A stretch of 39,365 nucleotides of DNA, taken from Candidatus Iainarchaeum sp. Lineage in GTDB: Archaea > Iainarchaeota > Iainarchaeia > Iainarchaeales > JAZDDZ01. The stretch is taken from NCBI GenBank assembly GCA_043809245.1, contig JAZDDZ010000022.1, positions 1-39,365 of the forward strand, given 5' to 3'. Shown in pieces: positions 9,423-20,210 of the stretch. Numbering within the stretch: position 1 is the stretch's first letter; every line of letters starts with the position of its first letter. The notes beneath the pieces are model-generated. The model was not told the origin of the DNA, ran no database searches, and saw only the letters and a list, made by a program, of their open reading frames with translations. The position numbers and the translations under genes were made by a program.

Positions 9423-9614
9423 ATGAAGGTCAAATGCCCTGAATGCAAGGAAGGCTTTGAGTTAAGTGTCAATGATTACGAGGAAGGGGACTCAGTTGAA
9501 TGCCCTGAGTGCAGTGAAAGCCTTATTGTTAAAGTAAAGCAGGGCAAATTCAAATTGATGACAGAGAAAGCGAAATACTACGACGAGGACATTGGCGAAT
9601 ACGAGGAAGACTGA
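9423..9614 (+). CDS. Acidic zinc-ribbon protein, LysW/ArgW-like
   Basis: MKVKCPEC...EEGDSVECPEC..L with acidic tail EDIGEYEED. Confidence 0.65.
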   Translation: MKVKCPECKEGFELSVNDYEEGDSVECPECSESLIVKVKQGKFKLMTEKAKYYDEDIGEYEED

Positions 9615-9626
9615 TTCTGAAAAAAT

Positions 9627-10253
9627 TCACAGGCCGATTCCGCCAAGAAAGCCGCTTGCCAGGCTGTTTAATGCGGCAAAAATTAACAGCACCAGTAAAT
9701 TCACAATTAAGCCGGATTTAGCTGATTCGGATATGACTCGGTAAAGGAAGTAAATTGAATAAACAACCATTGCCAGAACCGCGATGAAAAAAATCGCCAC
9801 AGATACAATGCTTACTCCCACTGTGCCTTGCATTCCGGCAAGAAGCGCGCTTGCCTCTTCAACCGATAGCCCCTGTGCAACCGTGGACTGCAATACCTCA
9901 CCCAAGCCCGGGAACAAGACAAACAAAAGGCCGATTGTGATTATCCCGATGACTAGGCTCAAAAGATAAAAGACCGAGAGAGCGCAAAGGATTCCGTTGA
10001 ATTTTCCGTCAATGCTTTTTCCCTTGAAAAGGTAAAGAATTACATAAAGGATTATTCCTGAAACAAGCCATGCAACAATTGCCTTAACCAAAAGAACAAC
10101 TATTGCAAGCGGATTCACTGCAGCACCCAAAGCAATGCCTATAACCGCTGAAACAATCACAGGCAAAAGCACAAGCGCAAACGCCAAAGCCATGTTGGGC
10201 TTCTCGTAAGCGGAAGCAACCGCATTCTTCGGTGAAAAAATGTTCAGGTTCAT
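9627..10253 (-). CDS. Yip1-like integral membrane protein
   Basis: IFSPK.A start, ~5 TM helices, LFKGK loop. Confidence 0.65.
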   Translation of the reverse strand: MNLNIFSPKNAVASAYEKPNMALAFALVLLPVIVSAVIGIALGAAVNPLAIVVLLVKAIVAWLVSGIILYVILYLFKGKSIDGKFNGILCALSVFYLLSLVIGIITIGLLFVLFPGLGEVLQSTVAQGLSVEEASALLAGMQGTVGVSIVSVAIFFIAVLAMVVYSIYFLYRVISESAKSGLIVNLLVLLIFAALNSLASGFLGGIGL

Positions 10254-10306
10254 TCTAAAAAAACCGTTAATAAGAAGGGAAAGGATATATTTAAACCTTG
10301 CTGAGG

Positions 10307-11284
10307 CTATTCCCCGAAAACCTTTCTCACTGGCTCAAGCATTTCGGAAAGGCTTTGCGCCACGGCTGCCTTCAAATCCATTGGATGCAGTTTTTTTTCC
10401 GCAAAGGCTTTTTCCGCCTCCTCGTATGAGGTGAATGTGATTGGGCCGCCGAATTTTTCCGCGCGCTCAACCTTTAATTCGCTTAACTGAGGCATCACCA
10501 CAAGCTTTAAAACCTGCAGAACGGGATTTCCTTGAACAACGCCTTCCTCGCACCAAGCCTTTTTTAACTTCTGCTGCACCTGTTCCTGTGAATCCCTGAC
10601 TGAAATAAGCGAATTGGGCTCTGAACTGGACATCTTTTTGCCTGGCCCCAAAAGCGATTCAACCAAAGGCGTGTGCACCAAAACAGGTTTCTTGCATCCA
10701 ATCAATTCCAAGTTTTCACGGGCAAGCATGTGGATTTTTCTCTGCTCTATTCCAGCCTGCGCCAAATCAACTTTCAAGTGCTTTATGTCGTTGACCTGCA
10801 TTAAAGGGTAAATCATCTGCGAGACCGCTGCATGCTCTATGTCCCTTGCGACTTCCTGCATTGCCCGCATCCCCCTGTTCACAGTTGTATGCAGGGACAA
10901 GGTCATCAAATCGTTGATGTATTCAGTGCTGCGCTGGAAATCAGTTCCGAGGACGTATTCAGCGTTTTTCAGGCCCAAACTCCTGAATGCCTTCTCCCAA
11001 AGCTTCACCTGTTCGTGGATGAAGTTCCAGTCGCCTTTCTTGTTCAGCCACGCGTGCCAGTCAGCGAACAAAACCTTTACCTTGAAACCGGCTTTCTCCA
11101 AATCCTTTAACTTGGTTACAGTAACCATGTGCCCCAAATGAATTTCTCCGCTTGGTTCATAACCGCAGTAAGTTATCGGCCGCTGCTTTTCCTCCAGCAA
11201 TTTGCGGAGCTCTGCCTCTTCAATGACTTCAACGGAGTTCCTTTTCACTAAACCGATTTTTTCTTCCAGTTCCAAAACAACCAC
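10307..11284 (-). CDS. tyrS: Tyrosine--tRNA ligase (archaeal type)
   Basis: YCGYEPSGEIHLGH, ADWHA, YPLMQVND, EQRKIHMLARE, KMSSS, LHPMDLK. Confidence 0.97.
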   Translation of the reverse strand: MVVLELEEKIGLVKRNSVEVIEEAELRKLLEEKQRPITYCGYEPSGEIHLGHMVTVTKLKDLEKAGFKVKVLFADWHAWLNKKGDWNFIHEQVKLWEKAFRSLGLKNAEYVLGTDFQRSTEYINDLMTLSLHTTVNRGMRAMQEVARDIEHAAVSQMIYPLMQVNDIKHLKVDLAQAGIEQRKIHMLARENLELIGCKKPVLVHTPLVESLLGPGKKMSSSEPNSLISVRDSQEQVQQKLKKAWCEEGVVQGNPVLQVLKLVVMPQLSELKVERAEKFGGPITFTSYEEAEKAFAEKKLHPMDLKAAVAQSLSEMLEPVRKVFGE

Positions 11285-11369
11285 TCGCTTAAAGTTTACT
11301 CTCCAAAAGGGTTTTTATGGTTTTAGGTATCTGCAAGGCGACGGCTTAAAAGGCAGAAACATTTTTATA

Positions 11370-11405
11370 TATTATGTGCCTTAACTGTATTATGTGTATT
11401 AACTG
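11370..11405 (+). promoter_or_regulatory. Tandem 18-bp operator-like repeat in TA promoter
   Basis: TATTATGTGCCTTAACTG / TATTATGTGTATTAACTG between a TTTTATAT box and the GGAGG RBS. Confidence 0.55.
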
Positions 11406-11421
11406 CAAGGAGGTTTTTTGA

Positions 11422-11655
11422 ATGGCTACTCTGACTTTGGCAATTCCTGATGAAATGAAGCAGGAAATGGATAAAACAAGGGAAATAAACTGGTCCGAGG
11501 TTGCACGGAGTGCAATAAAGGAGAAAATGGTTCAGCTTCAGTTGCTCAAGGAAATAACATCAAAATCAAAACTGACTGAAAAAGACGCTTTGGAGCTGGG
11601 AAAGAAAATAAACAAATCGCTTCACGAACGTTATGCAAAAAAAGGCGGCCTTTGA
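11422..11655 (+). CDS. RHH antitoxin (VapB-like)
   Basis: MATLTLAIPDEMKQEM...INWSEVARSAI; immediately upstream of a PIN gene. Confidence 0.85.
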   Translation: MATLTLAIPDEMKQEMDKTREINWSEVARSAIKEKMVQLQLLKEITSKSKLTEKDALELGKKINKSLHERYAKKGGL

Positions 11656-12066
11656 ATGGAACTTGTCGTTGATGCAAACATCGCAATATCCGCTTTAATC
11701 AGCGATAAGGGCAGGACAAAGGAACTTCTTTTTGCAAGCAATCTTAAGCTTTATGCCCCTGAATTTTTGCTTGAAGAAATCCGGGAACACGAAGAAGAAA
11801 TCTGCAAAAAGGCAGGGCTATCTAAAATGGAGCTCGCATTAGCCCTCCTTGTTATTTCATCAAGAATAGAATTTATCCCTTTTGCGGAATTCAAGCAGAA
11901 TATCGTCAAGGCAAAGGCCATATGCCCTGACAAAGATGACGTCCTTTACTTTGCCTTGGCAATAAAATACGATTGCCAGTTATGGTCTAATGACAAAAAA
12001 CTCCAAGAACAAAAAGAAGTTAAAATCCTGTCCACGCAGATGGTTGCTAAAAAGGTGCAGAGATGA
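11656..12066 (+). CDS. vapC: PIN-domain (VapC-like) toxin
   Basis: LVVDANI, APEFLLEEI, PDKDDVLYFALA, LWSNDKKL. Confidence 0.9.
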   Translation: MELVVDANIAISALISDKGRTKELLFASNLKLYAPEFLLEEIREHEEEICKKAGLSKMELALALLVISSRIEFIPFAEFKQNIVKAKAICPDKDDVLYFALAIKYDCQLWSNDKKLQEQKEVKILSTQMVAKKVQR

Positions 12067-12070
12067 TTTT

Positions 12071-12502
12071 ATGAAAAAAGGCACAGTGATGGCTTTCGGA
12101 ACCTTTGACCTGCTGCACCGCGGGCATCTGCATTTCTTTGAGCAGGCGAAAAGGCTTGGCGGAAAACTTGTTGTTGTTGTCGCGCGAGACAAAACCGTTG
12201 AAAAAGTGAAGGGAAGAAAGCCTGTTTTCAATGAAAATGAAAGGTTTGAACTGGTCAAAGGGCTTTCAATTGTTGACAGGGCTTTGCTTGGCTGCAGGCA
12301 CAGCATGTATGAAAGGATAAAGGAAGTGAAGCCCGCGGTCATTGCTTTGGGCTATGACCAGAAGCCCTCGGAAAAAGAGCTGAAAAAAGAACTGAAAGAA
12401 AGGGGGTTAACCGCGAAGGTTGTGAGGCTCAAGGCATTCAAGCCGCGGACAAACAAGTCATCCAAAATAAGGAAAAAGATTTTGAAAGCCGTTTATTCCT
12501 GA
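12071..12502 (+). CDS. ribL: Archaeal FAD synthase (cytidylyltransferase family)
   Basis: VMAFGTFDLLHRGH, VVVVARD, KGRKP, ALGYDQ, SSKIR. Confidence 0.85.
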   Translation: MKKGTVMAFGTFDLLHRGHLHFFEQAKRLGGKLVVVVARDKTVEKVKGRKPVFNENERFELVKGLSIVDRALLGCRHSMYERIKEVKPAVIALGYDQKPSEKELKKELKERGLTAKVVRLKAFKPRTNKSSKIRKKILKAVYS

Positions 12503-13659
12503 ACCAGGGCCTTGATTAATTGCTTTGTCATCAAAAGCTCTTTTTCAGTTATTGACTCGTTTGGAGCGTGACCGCCTTTTCCCCCAGGGCCAACTGAAAT
12601 AGCAGGGATTCCTGCTTTGGAAAAAAATCGGCCGTCAATTCCACCCAGAGTAGCGCTCAAAGGCATTTTTTTACGGGTTATTTTTTCCGCTGCAGCCTGA
12701 ATTTCTTTTGCGAACCTGTTTTTCTGATTGATAAAATAGCCCCTTGCCCAGGAAATTTTTACTTTTCCCTTCAAGCAGAATCTTTTCATTTTTTTTAAAG
12801 TGAATCGCCTGAACTGCCCTGCAACTGCCGCGGCTTTTTCCTCCGGCAGCGTGCGGATGTCAATACCTATTTCAAGAGAAGGGGGAATGACATTGGATTT
12901 ATAGCCTGCCTTCAAAATTGTGATGGAGAAACGGCCCCATACTTTTTTTCGCGGGGCGTCCTTCGGCGCATTCATTTTGGAAACAGCTTTTTCACGCAAT
13001 GACTTGAATTCAAGCAGTTCGTTAAGGAAAGGAATCGCTTCGTGGATTACATTAGGCGAACGGTAAGGAGTTCCCGCATGCCCCTGTTTTCCCTTCAATT
13101 GAATGCTTGCGCTTAAAACACCTGAACAGCCCACAGTTATCTCCTTGAAGTCGCCGTCAACCACAAGGCAAAAATCCGATTTCAGTTTGCTTAAATGCTT
13201 TTTCGCCAAAAACCCCGCGCCATGCTTTGCCTCTATTTCCTCATCACAGGTTACAAGAAGCTTTACATTCCTTTTCAGTTTTCTTCCATTCAATTCATGC
13301 ATTGCGGCAAGCGCTGCAGCAACAGCGCCCTTGTCATCTCCAACGCCCCTTCCAAAAAAAACCCCTTTCTTTTTCACCAACTTGAACGGAGGCGTTTTCC
13401 ATCCCTCTCCCGCTGGTACAACGTCAAAGTGCGCCAGCAAAAGAACTGTTTCCTTTGCCTTCGGCTTTGCATTCAATTCAAGCAAAAAATTCGGGCAAAG
13501 CCTTCCATCATTGTCTTTTGTGTCAAGCCTCTGAACCTTGAAGCCGAGTTTGTTAGCCTCGCGTGAAAACACTTGCGCGAACTTCGCGTAATTCTTTTTG
13601 TCCACGGAATTAGTGTCAATTGCGACAAATTTTGAGAGAAGCGATTCTTCAAAGGACAT
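12493..13659 (-). CDS. M20 family metallopeptidase (ArgE/DapE/LysK-like)
   Basis: AHFDVVP, GRGVGDDKG, CDEE, C-terminal GPG...H.PNE. Confidence 0.9.
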   Translation of the reverse strand: MSFEESLLSKFVAIDTNSVDKKNYAKFAQVFSREANKLGFKVQRLDTKDNDGRLCPNFLLELNAKPKAKETVLLLAHFDVVPAGEGWKTPPFKLVKKKGVFFGRGVGDDKGAVAAALAAMHELNGRKLKRNVKLLVTCDEEIEAKHGAGFLAKKHLSKLKSDFCLVVDGDFKEITVGCSGVLSASIQLKGKQGHAGTPYRSPNVIHEAIPFLNELLEFKSLREKAVSKMNAPKDAPRKKVWGRFSITILKAGYKSNVIPPSLEIGIDIRTLPEEKAAAVAGQFRRFTLKKMKRFCLKGKVKISWARGYFINQKNRFAKEIQAAAEKITRKKMPLSATLGGIDGRFFSKAGIPAISVGPGGKGGHAPNESITEKELLMTKQLIKALVQE

Positions 13660-13707
13660 GAAAGAAAAGAGAGGGGAAAAGGAATTAAATGATTGCCTTG
13701 GGACGCA

Positions 13708-14478
13708 CTAAGCATAATCCCTTAGTTTTTCCCGAATCTTTTGCTGAACCAAACCATACATAGCGGTTTCCAGGGGGATATCCCGCTCAAGGGAAAATTT
13801 TCCTTTTTCTCTCGGATTTTTTAATAAAGGCCGCGGCATTGTTTCAAGCAAATGCATTAGGCCTTCGTAATCACTTACATAGCCTTGCCCATTCTGGACG
13901 CTTATTTTCCTGCCTTTCTCTCGCGCAATTTTTTCAAGCGCATGTTTTACCCCGTTAAATGTTACTTTCCCCGATGAATACACAAAAATCACATACTTGC
14001 TCGAGCTCGGCGATAATATGCCTGCTTTTCTTGCGGAATACTCAAAGGATTTTTCCTCACGAGTACTCGAAAAATAGCGCAGCTGCTTTTTTCTGCAAAA
14101 AGGGCCCAAGTTGTTCAGCCCTGATGCAAACTCAAAAAAAGGCCTGCCTTCCTGCCCAACAAAAACAGCAGTGGTCCCTGGTTCCCGCGATAAATTTGTC
14201 AAAAGAAACTCAGATTCGTGCTTCACTTGGCCTATTAATTTATCAAATAATGAAATTCTTCTTCTGACTGCTGCAACAATGCCCATATCAATGGCAGCAG
14301 CCATATTATTTCCAACTCTTTTTTGTTCTATCGCAAGATTCTCACGTTTTTTTAACTCCCATTCAACTGTCCCCCTAAGGCGTTCAAGCCTTGATTCCCT
14401 GCCACGGTTATCCGCCTGTGAGGCTCTCCTCGCGTCTCTTTTCAGGCCCTTATGCGTGAACTGCCTTAACATGCCCAT
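13708..14478 (-). CDS. Hypothetical basic protein
   Basis: ~256-aa ORF filling the gap between neighbouring genes; R/K-rich N-terminus. Confidence 0.6.
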   Translation of the reverse strand: MGMLRQFTHKGLKRDARRASQADNRGRESRLERLRGTVEWELKKRENLAIEQKRVGNNMAAAIDMGIVAAVRRRISLFDKLIGQVKHESEFLLTNLSREPGTTAVFVGQEGRPFFEFASGLNNLGPFCRKKQLRYFSSTREEKSFEYSARKAGILSPSSSKYVIFVYSSGKVTFNGVKHALEKIAREKGRKISVQNGQGYVSDYEGLMHLLETMPRPLLKNPREKGKFSLERDIPLETAMYGLVQQKIREKLRDYA

Positions 14479-14531
14479 AAACAATACCGCTTCATTTCAG
14501 CATAAAAGATTTTTTATAGATATGGAAAAAC

Positions 14532-14819
14532 TTACTCCAGCACCATTCTCGCGCAGTAAATTGCTTCTTTTTTGTCGCAGAACCGTTGGCATTCTATGCG
14601 AAAGGCTTTTGCTTTCTCCGAGTTTTTCTGGCTCAGCTCTCCGGAAGCGATTAGCCCTTCAAGGGCAGCAAGGAAGCTATCCTTCTTTGCATCGGAAGCG
14701 CTTATTGCCTCAAGCCTGTTTTCCTCGTTGCCTAAAGATGAGCCGAGAAAGTGAAGCGCATGGCAGTCACTGCAAAGGAAAAAAAGGTCGTCAAGGCGGT
14801 TTTTCAGCGGTTCCCGCAT
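14532..14819 (-). CDS. Hypothetical small protein with CxxC
   Basis: 95-aa ORF with ATG and an upstream TTTAAA box. Confidence 0.5.
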   Translation of the reverse strand: MREPLKNRLDDLFFLCSDCHALHFLGSSLGNEENRLEAISASDAKKDSFLAALEGLIASGELSQKNSEKAKAFRIECQRFCDKKEAIYCARMVLE

Positions 14820-14884
14820 AAAGAGCCTGGCGGCAATAGTTTTTTAAACATATAACCGTCTATAGATTGTTATTGGTGATTTTT

Positions 14885-15129
14885 ATGGGTTATCTTACGA
14901 CTATTCAGGTCCAGAGCAAAACAAGGCAGAAGCTGGAGAAGCTTAAGGCTTATCCGCGTGAAACCTATGACGACGTGGTAAACAAGCTTATTAGGGTTAA
15001 GGAGATAGTGGAAAAAGAGCCTGAATTGAAAGAAGAGGTCATTGAGGAAATGAACCTTGCTGAAAAACAGCTGAAAGAAGGAAAGGGCATAAACACAGAG
15101 GAACTCGCAAAACGGCTCGGCGTTACCCT

Positions 15130-15133
<4 letters not shown>
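14885..15133 (+). CDS. Antitoxin (RelE partner)
   Basis: TTIQV...LEKLK..PRETYDDVVNKL; ATGA overlap with the RelE gene. Confidence 0.85.
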
Positions 15134-16883
<1,750 letters not shown>

Positions 16884-16932
16884 TCAGAAAGCACGCCGCA
16901 GTTTAAGTATTTTTTGCTGGTTCTTTTAGTTT

Positions 16933-17640
16933 ATGGCTGAAGCAAAACTAAACGTGCAGTTATTGGCGCACACGCCAAACCCGGACATAACCACCGCTAC
17001 CGCGGCGCACCTGTGCTATGCGACTGTTGGCATAGACGATTTGGTGAAAAAAGTAGACAAGCCATACGCGGAAAAACTCTTGAAAAGGCTTATTCGCGAA
17101 GGGCATTGGTCTGTTTTAGAGCACGCTTCCTTCACGTTTGGAATTGAAGGGGTCTCACGCGCTTTGACGCACCAGCTTGTGAGGCACAGAATCGCCTCTC
17201 ACTCACAGCAATCACAGAGGTATGTGAATGCGAAAGATTTCTCTTACGTGATTCCCCCGAAAATCAGGGCGGATGAAAAATTGAAGAAAAAATTCGAAGA
17301 GTTTATGGAAGAAGCGTCATCGCTTTACGATGAATTGGCTGCCGCTGCGCCGAAAGAGGACGCGCGCTTTATTCTCCCAAACGCAGCGGAAACAAAAATA
17401 ATCGTGACAATGAACACGCGCTCGCTTTACAATTTTTTTGAAAGAAGGTGCTGCACGCGCGCGCAATGGGAAATCCGCGTACTTGCAAACAAAATGCTTG
17501 AGGAAGCAAAAAAAGCCGCTCCGCTTTTGTTTGAGGACGCGGGCGCAATATGCGAAAGATTGGGTTACTGCCCAGAGCACGAAACCTGTGGCCGTTATCC
17601 CCTGAAACATGACGCGTTGAAAGAAGTGAAAGGAAAATGA
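16933..17640 (+). CDS. thyX: FAD-dependent thymidylate synthase
   Basis: GHWSVLEH, RHRIASHSQQSQRY, EDARFILP, RAQWEIR. Confidence 0.97.
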   Translation: MAEAKLNVQLLAHTPNPDITTATAAHLCYATVGIDDLVKKVDKPYAEKLLKRLIREGHWSVLEHASFTFGIEGVSRALTHQLVRHRIASHSQQSQRYVNAKDFSYVIPPKIRADEKLKKKFEEFMEEASSLYDELAAAAPKEDARFILPNAAETKIIVTMNTRSLYNFFERRCCTRAQWEIRVLANKMLEEAKKAAPLLFEDAGAICERLGYCPEHETCGRYPLKHDALKEVKGK

Positions 17641-17978
17641 AGCACTCCAGCATAATTCTTGCAGCGTTTATTGCAGCGGTTTTGCTTTTAACGGGCTGCA
17701 CTTCAATCATTCAGGGAGAAACAGGCGCGCCCAAAGCGCCTGAATTGGCTACACAGGCATGCATTTTGTTATGCGAACAGAAACTCGCAGAGGGAATGGA
17801 TTTAACTGCCGGCCCCTGCCTTTCCAATGAAATCTATCCCGATTGGGTCTGTGATGTCGCGCACACTCCAAGGGCAGCAGCGGATAACAATCCCGCAAAC
17901 CAGTGCCCTGAGTACGCGAAAACAAAAAGCCATTTCGTTGAAGTCAACCCGAACTGCCAGCTGATTAGGGCGAATTGA
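17637..17978 (+). CDS. Small Cys-rich lipoprotein
   Basis: Signal ending LLTGC; six further Cys; ATGA overlap with thyX. Confidence 0.75.
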   Translation: MKHSSIILAAFIAAVLLLTGCTSIIQGETGAPKAPELATQACILLCEQKLAEGMDLTAGPCLSNEIYPDWVCDVAHTPRAAADNNPANQCPEYAKTKSHFVEVNPNCQLIRAN

Positions 17979-18227
17979 TTATTTGTAAATATTTTTCCTG
18001 TGCCCCATTTCGATGACAAAAATGCATTGCTCCATTTCTTTAGCGTCAACAATAACCCTGTAATCCCCAACCCTTACCCTATAATAGCTTGTGCCCGATA
18101 GCCGTTTAACAAAATCAAGCGGCCTGACCCTAATTCTTTCAAGGACAGCCAGAATCCTTTCCTGAATGACAGCCTCTAACTTCCCGAACTGCTTTTCGGC
18201 TGTAGCGGAAAACTCAATCGAATACAA
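17979..18227 (-). CDS. relE: RelE/ParE family toxin
   Basis: YSIEFS..AEKQ, YRVRVGDYRVI, MGHRKNIYK. Confidence 0.92.
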   Translation of the reverse strand: MYSIEFSATAEKQFGKLEAVIQERILAVLERIRVRPLDFVKRLSGTSYYRVRVGDYRVIVDAKEMEQCIFVIEMGHRKNIYK

Positions 18228-18233
18228 TTAGCC

Positions 18234-18452
18234 TCATCTGCCGTATTTTCTTTTAATTTCATCAAATGAAACGGTTTTCCCAGCCCTAATTTCCGCCTCA
18301 GAACGGGCAATGTTATTTTTTGTTTCATCGGACAGTTCCATTGAATCCTCTAAAAGATCCCAAATTACGTCCTCATAACTTTCCTTTTCACTCATTTTTC
18401 TAACCTTAAGCTTGTCCATAAGCGTTTTGCTGACCTGAATAGTTGTCGCCAT
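18234..18452 (-). CDS. Antitoxin (RelE partner)
   Basis: MATTIQVS...ESYEDVIWDL...EIRAGKTVSFDEIK; upstream of relE. Confidence 0.85.
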   Translation of the reverse strand: MATTIQVSKTLMDKLKVRKMSEKESYEDVIWDLLEDSMELSDETKNNIARSEAEIRAGKTVSFDEIKRKYGR

Positions 18453-18490
18453 AGTAACTATATAATAGGCAATAGTTATTAAAGCTTTGC

Positions 18491-19111
18491 CTAAAATTCC
18501 GCGACAGCCCTGCACGGAGCCCCGTCGGATTCCTCAACGAAAAGCGGCAGGGCAATCAGTTTGAATCTCTTAGGCGCCTTTTCAAGGTTCACCATTGCCT
18601 CAAGAAAAATCACGCCTTTGGGCAACAGAATTTTGTGAACTGCGCCTGTTGTGGGCGCGTCCAAGCTCATTGAATCAATGCCTAAAATATTCAGGGAGAA
18701 TTTTGAAAGGAATTCTCCCGCGTCCTTTTCAAGGAAAGGGAAATCCATTCCAGCGCTTCCGTCCAAAATTCTTTTCCCGTAACCAGTGTGAAGCACCAGT
18801 GCCTTTACTGATGCGATTTCTTTTTCAAATGGTTCAAGGTCTTTTGCGGAAATTTTTTTAACGCCAATCAAATCTATTTTCAGCGCGTCGTTGAAGAATT
18901 TTTCAACAGGCTCTTCATCCAGGTTTTTACCCCCCTCAAACTTGTGGCTGTGGGCATCCATGTGCGTTGAATGGTGCGTTAAAATCGTTAACTCCTTTTC
19001 ATCAAAGCCGCGGGACTTGATTGTGTGCAGCTGCCTGATTTTCGGCTTTGGGTCGTCGGAGTAAACCGGCATTTTTTCACTGATTTTAAGGGAAAGGTCA
19101 ATTACTGGCAT
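18491..19111 (-). CDS. Cyclase family metallohydrolase (kynurenine formamidase-like)
   Basis: IDLS, HHSTHMDAHSH, GIDSMSLD, H..LL, SDGAPCRAVA. Confidence 0.9.
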   Translation of the reverse strand: MPVIDLSLKISEKMPVYSDDPKPKIRQLHTIKSRGFDEKELTILTHHSTHMDAHSHKFEGGKNLDEEPVEKFFNDALKIDLIGVKKISAKDLEPFEKEIASVKALVLHTGYGKRILDGSAGMDFPFLEKDAGEFLSKFSLNILGIDSMSLDAPTTGAVHKILLPKGVIFLEAMVNLEKAPKRFKLIALPLFVEESDGAPCRAVAEF

Positions 19112-19158
19112 GAAAATAGATAAGCTGCGCAAAGTTTAAAATAGCAAAAATGAATCAA

Positions 19159-19242
19159 TGCACGGGAGCGGATTCGAACCGCTGAAGGCACTAAGCCACA
19201 GGATCTTGAGTCCTGCCCGTTTAACCGCTTCGGTACCCGTGC
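19159..19242 (-). tRNA. tRNA-Leu(CAA)
   Basis: GCACGGG acceptor, CAGGA-CT-CAA-GA-TCCTG anticodon arm, long variable arm, GGTTCGAATCC T-arm, discriminator A, no encoded CCA. Confidence 0.95.
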
Positions 19243-19304
19243 AGAAAGAGAATGCAGTAATAGATTCTTGGCGTGCAACAGGTTTTTAAATTTCCTTTTT
19301 GAGC

Positions 19305-19994
19305 CTAACCCCTTTTTTCATGCAAGGCATAGAATACGTCTGGAGTGGCAACAGAGCCGGCATGCCCTATTTTTATCGCGGAATTCAAGCGAATGTTGAA
19401 GCCCTCTTTTTTCGCGAGCTTGCAGAAGTTAAGGTCTTCGCCTAAATCCTCTTTTGATTCCTCGTCAAAGACAGTGAACGCTTTTTTTAAGCCGTATTTT
19501 TCCACCAGCGCCTTAAGAACAGACAGCTTCATCAGCAGAAAGCCGAATCCAACGGCATCAACGTTGAATAAAGTGTTTTTCGGAACATCAGCCATCTGCT
19601 GGAAGCCCTTGTTAATGTACCTGTATGCCACTGCTTTTCTTGGCTCCTGTTTTGAAACGTAAAAGCCTGAAAGCAAATCGCTTTTTGTTTCCTTTGCTGA
19701 AGTTACGAGCGCGATTACGTCCTGCGGGGAAAAAACCGAGTCAGAGTCAACCCAAAGCAGATAATCAACAGGGTCTTTTTTGTCGCGTTCCAGAACGTCT
19801 TCGGCTATTTTTCTGCGAGCAACCTGCACATAGGTTCCACCTAAAGTGGATAAGCCGAATTTTTCAAAAAAAGCGGGAACAGAGCCAAGCATTGAAAGGA
19901 ATGAATTGAATGTAGCCACGGGCACAGCGCCGTAAAGCGGGGTGCAAACCACTAAATGGCCTGCGAGCTTTGGGGTTTTCTGTTCTTTAGGCAT
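19305..19994 (-). CDS. GT-A fold glycosyltransferase-like protein
   Basis: VVCTPLYG, YLLWVDSD (DxD), VDAVGFGFLLM, GEDLNFC, IGH. Confidence 0.8.
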   Translation of the reverse strand: MPKEQKTPKLAGHLVVCTPLYGAVPVATFNSFLSMLGSVPAFFEKFGLSTLGGTYVQVARRKIAEDVLERDKKDPVDYLLWVDSDSVFSPQDVIALVTSAKETKSDLLSGFYVSKQEPRKAVAYRYINKGFQQMADVPKNTLFNVDAVGFGFLLMKLSVLKALVEKYGLKKAFTVFDEESKEDLGEDLNFCKLAKKEGFNIRLNSAIKIGHAGSVATPDVFYALHEKRG

Positions 19995-20035
19995 AATGAA
20001 TTCTCCAATGCATTAAATAGAAAAAACCGCGGGGC

Positions 20036-20191
20036 TTATTTTCCCGCTAGTTTTTTGCTTTTCACGTAAACCCAGAGCTTTTTTGTCATCTCGCTTGGTG
20101 GGATGTTGCCTGTGCCGAATACGTGTTCCATTGTTTCAGTGCAGCCCTTAAAGCAGACACTGTAGCCTCCGAAAGGTTTTTTTTCAGCCAT
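20036..20191 (-). CDS. Small SWIB/MDM2-like protein (51 aa), not in ORF track
   Basis: MAEKKPFGGYSVCFKGCTETMEHVFGTGNIPPSEMTKKLWVYVKSKKLAGK; strong AGGAGTGA RBS; SWIB-like E.TKKLW.Y.K...L. Confidence 0.75.
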   Translation of the reverse strand: MAEKKPFGGYSVCFKGCTETMEHVFGTGNIPPSEMTKKLWVYVKSKKLAGK

Positions 20192-20210
20192 TATATATCA
20201 CTCCTTTTTT

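Noticed and set aside
14532-14819. CSDCH as a c-type heme motif
   Set aside because: No signal peptide or maturation genes; more likely zinc-binding or chance
14111-14821. 236-aa plus-strand ORF and other antisense ORFs (e.g. 15416-16027, 5835-6302, 7639-8070)
   Set aside because: Shadow frames of better-supported opposite-strand genes
19159-19242. Intron-containing or split tRNA
   Set aside because: This tRNA and tRNA-Ser both fold as contiguous type II cloverleaves without extra sequence
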